Shown here: positions 36,659 through 37,053 of the stretch, in pieces
How the letters are laid out: the number at the start of each line of letters is the position of its first letter
Numbering within the stretch: position 1 is the stretch's first letter
IMG/VR virus record: IMGVR_UViG_3300044272_000001
Location: 1 to 37,053 of that record
Length of the DNA stretch: 37,053 bases
Strand: one strand, 5' to 3'
DNA from: a virus
Lineage: Duplodnaviria; Caudoviricetes
Translations under genes and position numbers: made by a program
Notes under the pieces: generated by a model
Databases searched by the model: none
The model's input: the letters and a program-made list of their open reading frames with translations, nothing else
What the model was told of the DNA's origin: nothing

Positions 36659-37053
36659 AGTGTAACTAGCTCCGCTTCAGTGTAAGGAATATGAAAGAAG
36701 TATTCTTTTCGTCTAGCATTAGCTAACCATATCTCCTTTGCACACTCTTCAGTAAGTTGGTAGTCTTTGATTCTCCATGCTTGTTTGCAGTCCTGACGTA
36801 TTACATAAAAGTTACAGTATGTATTGTCAGCTTCTACTTTTTTATATTTATTTATAAGTCGATACTTTCTATACGGTATACGTATCTCTTTCCATTTAGG
36901 ATTCCAATCACCTATCCATTGGTTCTTCATCTCTACTTCAGAGTAATACATACCACCATTTTTCTCACTCTTTATGTCAAAAGAAAAGTCTTCTTCTGTA
37001 TCAAGGATAGTATGTCCAATACCTTCTAGGTAATTTGTTATTACTGTTTTCTT
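36655..37053 (-). CDS. PD-(D/E)xK nuclease-like protein, 5' end outside the window
   Basis: Frame stays open to the window edge (KKTVITNYLEGIGHTILDTEEDFSFDIKSEKNGGMYYSEVEMK); D...EVExK motif. Confidence 0.65.
   Translation of the reverse strand, partial: KKTVITNYLEGIGHTILDTEEDFSFDIKSEKNGGMYYSEVEMKNQWIGDWNPKWKEIRIPYRKYRLINKYKKVEADNTYCNFYVIRQDCKQAWRIKDYQLTEECAKEIWLANARRKEYFFHIPYTEAELVTL

Larger units (their letters stand above)
1..37053. mobile_element. Tailed phage genome segment (podovirus-type structural arm; probably a marine alphaproteobacterial HMO-2011-like phage)
   Basis: Dense co-oriented genes: terminase, portal, scaffold, capsid, adaptor, nozzle, fibre, ejection proteins and endolysin. 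No host housekeeping genes. No tail tube, sheath or canonical tape measure gene recognised. Group assignment is from recalled gene order and is less sure than the phage call. Confidence 0.95.

Overview
The whole window is the lysis/packaging/morphogenesis arm of an AT-rich tailed (podovirus-type) phage genome. On the + strand, in order: a structured non-coding end region (1-600), a lysis cassette (EF-hand membrane protein, 3-TM holin, M15 endolysin), a cluster of small basic and accessory genes, terminase small and large subunits, portal, a 1487-aa modular protein, scaffold, major capsid, decoration and fibre proteins, tail adaptor and nozzle, a tail fibre with an S74 chaperone, a 2OG-Fe(II) oxygenase, and internal virion/ejection proteins including a lysozyme. 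From 36083 the opposite arm begins on the - strand. Gene order and protein signatures recall marine alphaproteobacterial HMO-2011-type/roseophage podoviruses (inference from recognition, not a search). Four short ORFs missing from the supplied track were found by hand: a DUF1127 protein, the N-half of a split DUF5872-like protein, a 24-aa Cys-rich peptide and a 41-aa zinc ribbon. The best candidate for an undescribed system is a recurring hydrophobic-x-x-Gly-Gly peptide tag. It marks apparent module boundaries in the 1487-aa protein, recurs in three other late proteins, and sits next to a conserved tape-measure-like 'D-x-P-A-x-L-S-x-G-E' domain, suggesting a cargo-tagging or processing system. 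Also notable: a DUF1127 gene with an SD-occluding leader, a pseudoknotted capsid leader RNA, a chain of six abutting hairpins at the window start, and a miniature outer-membrane beta-barrel. No tRNA, rRNA, CRISPR array or integrase was seen.
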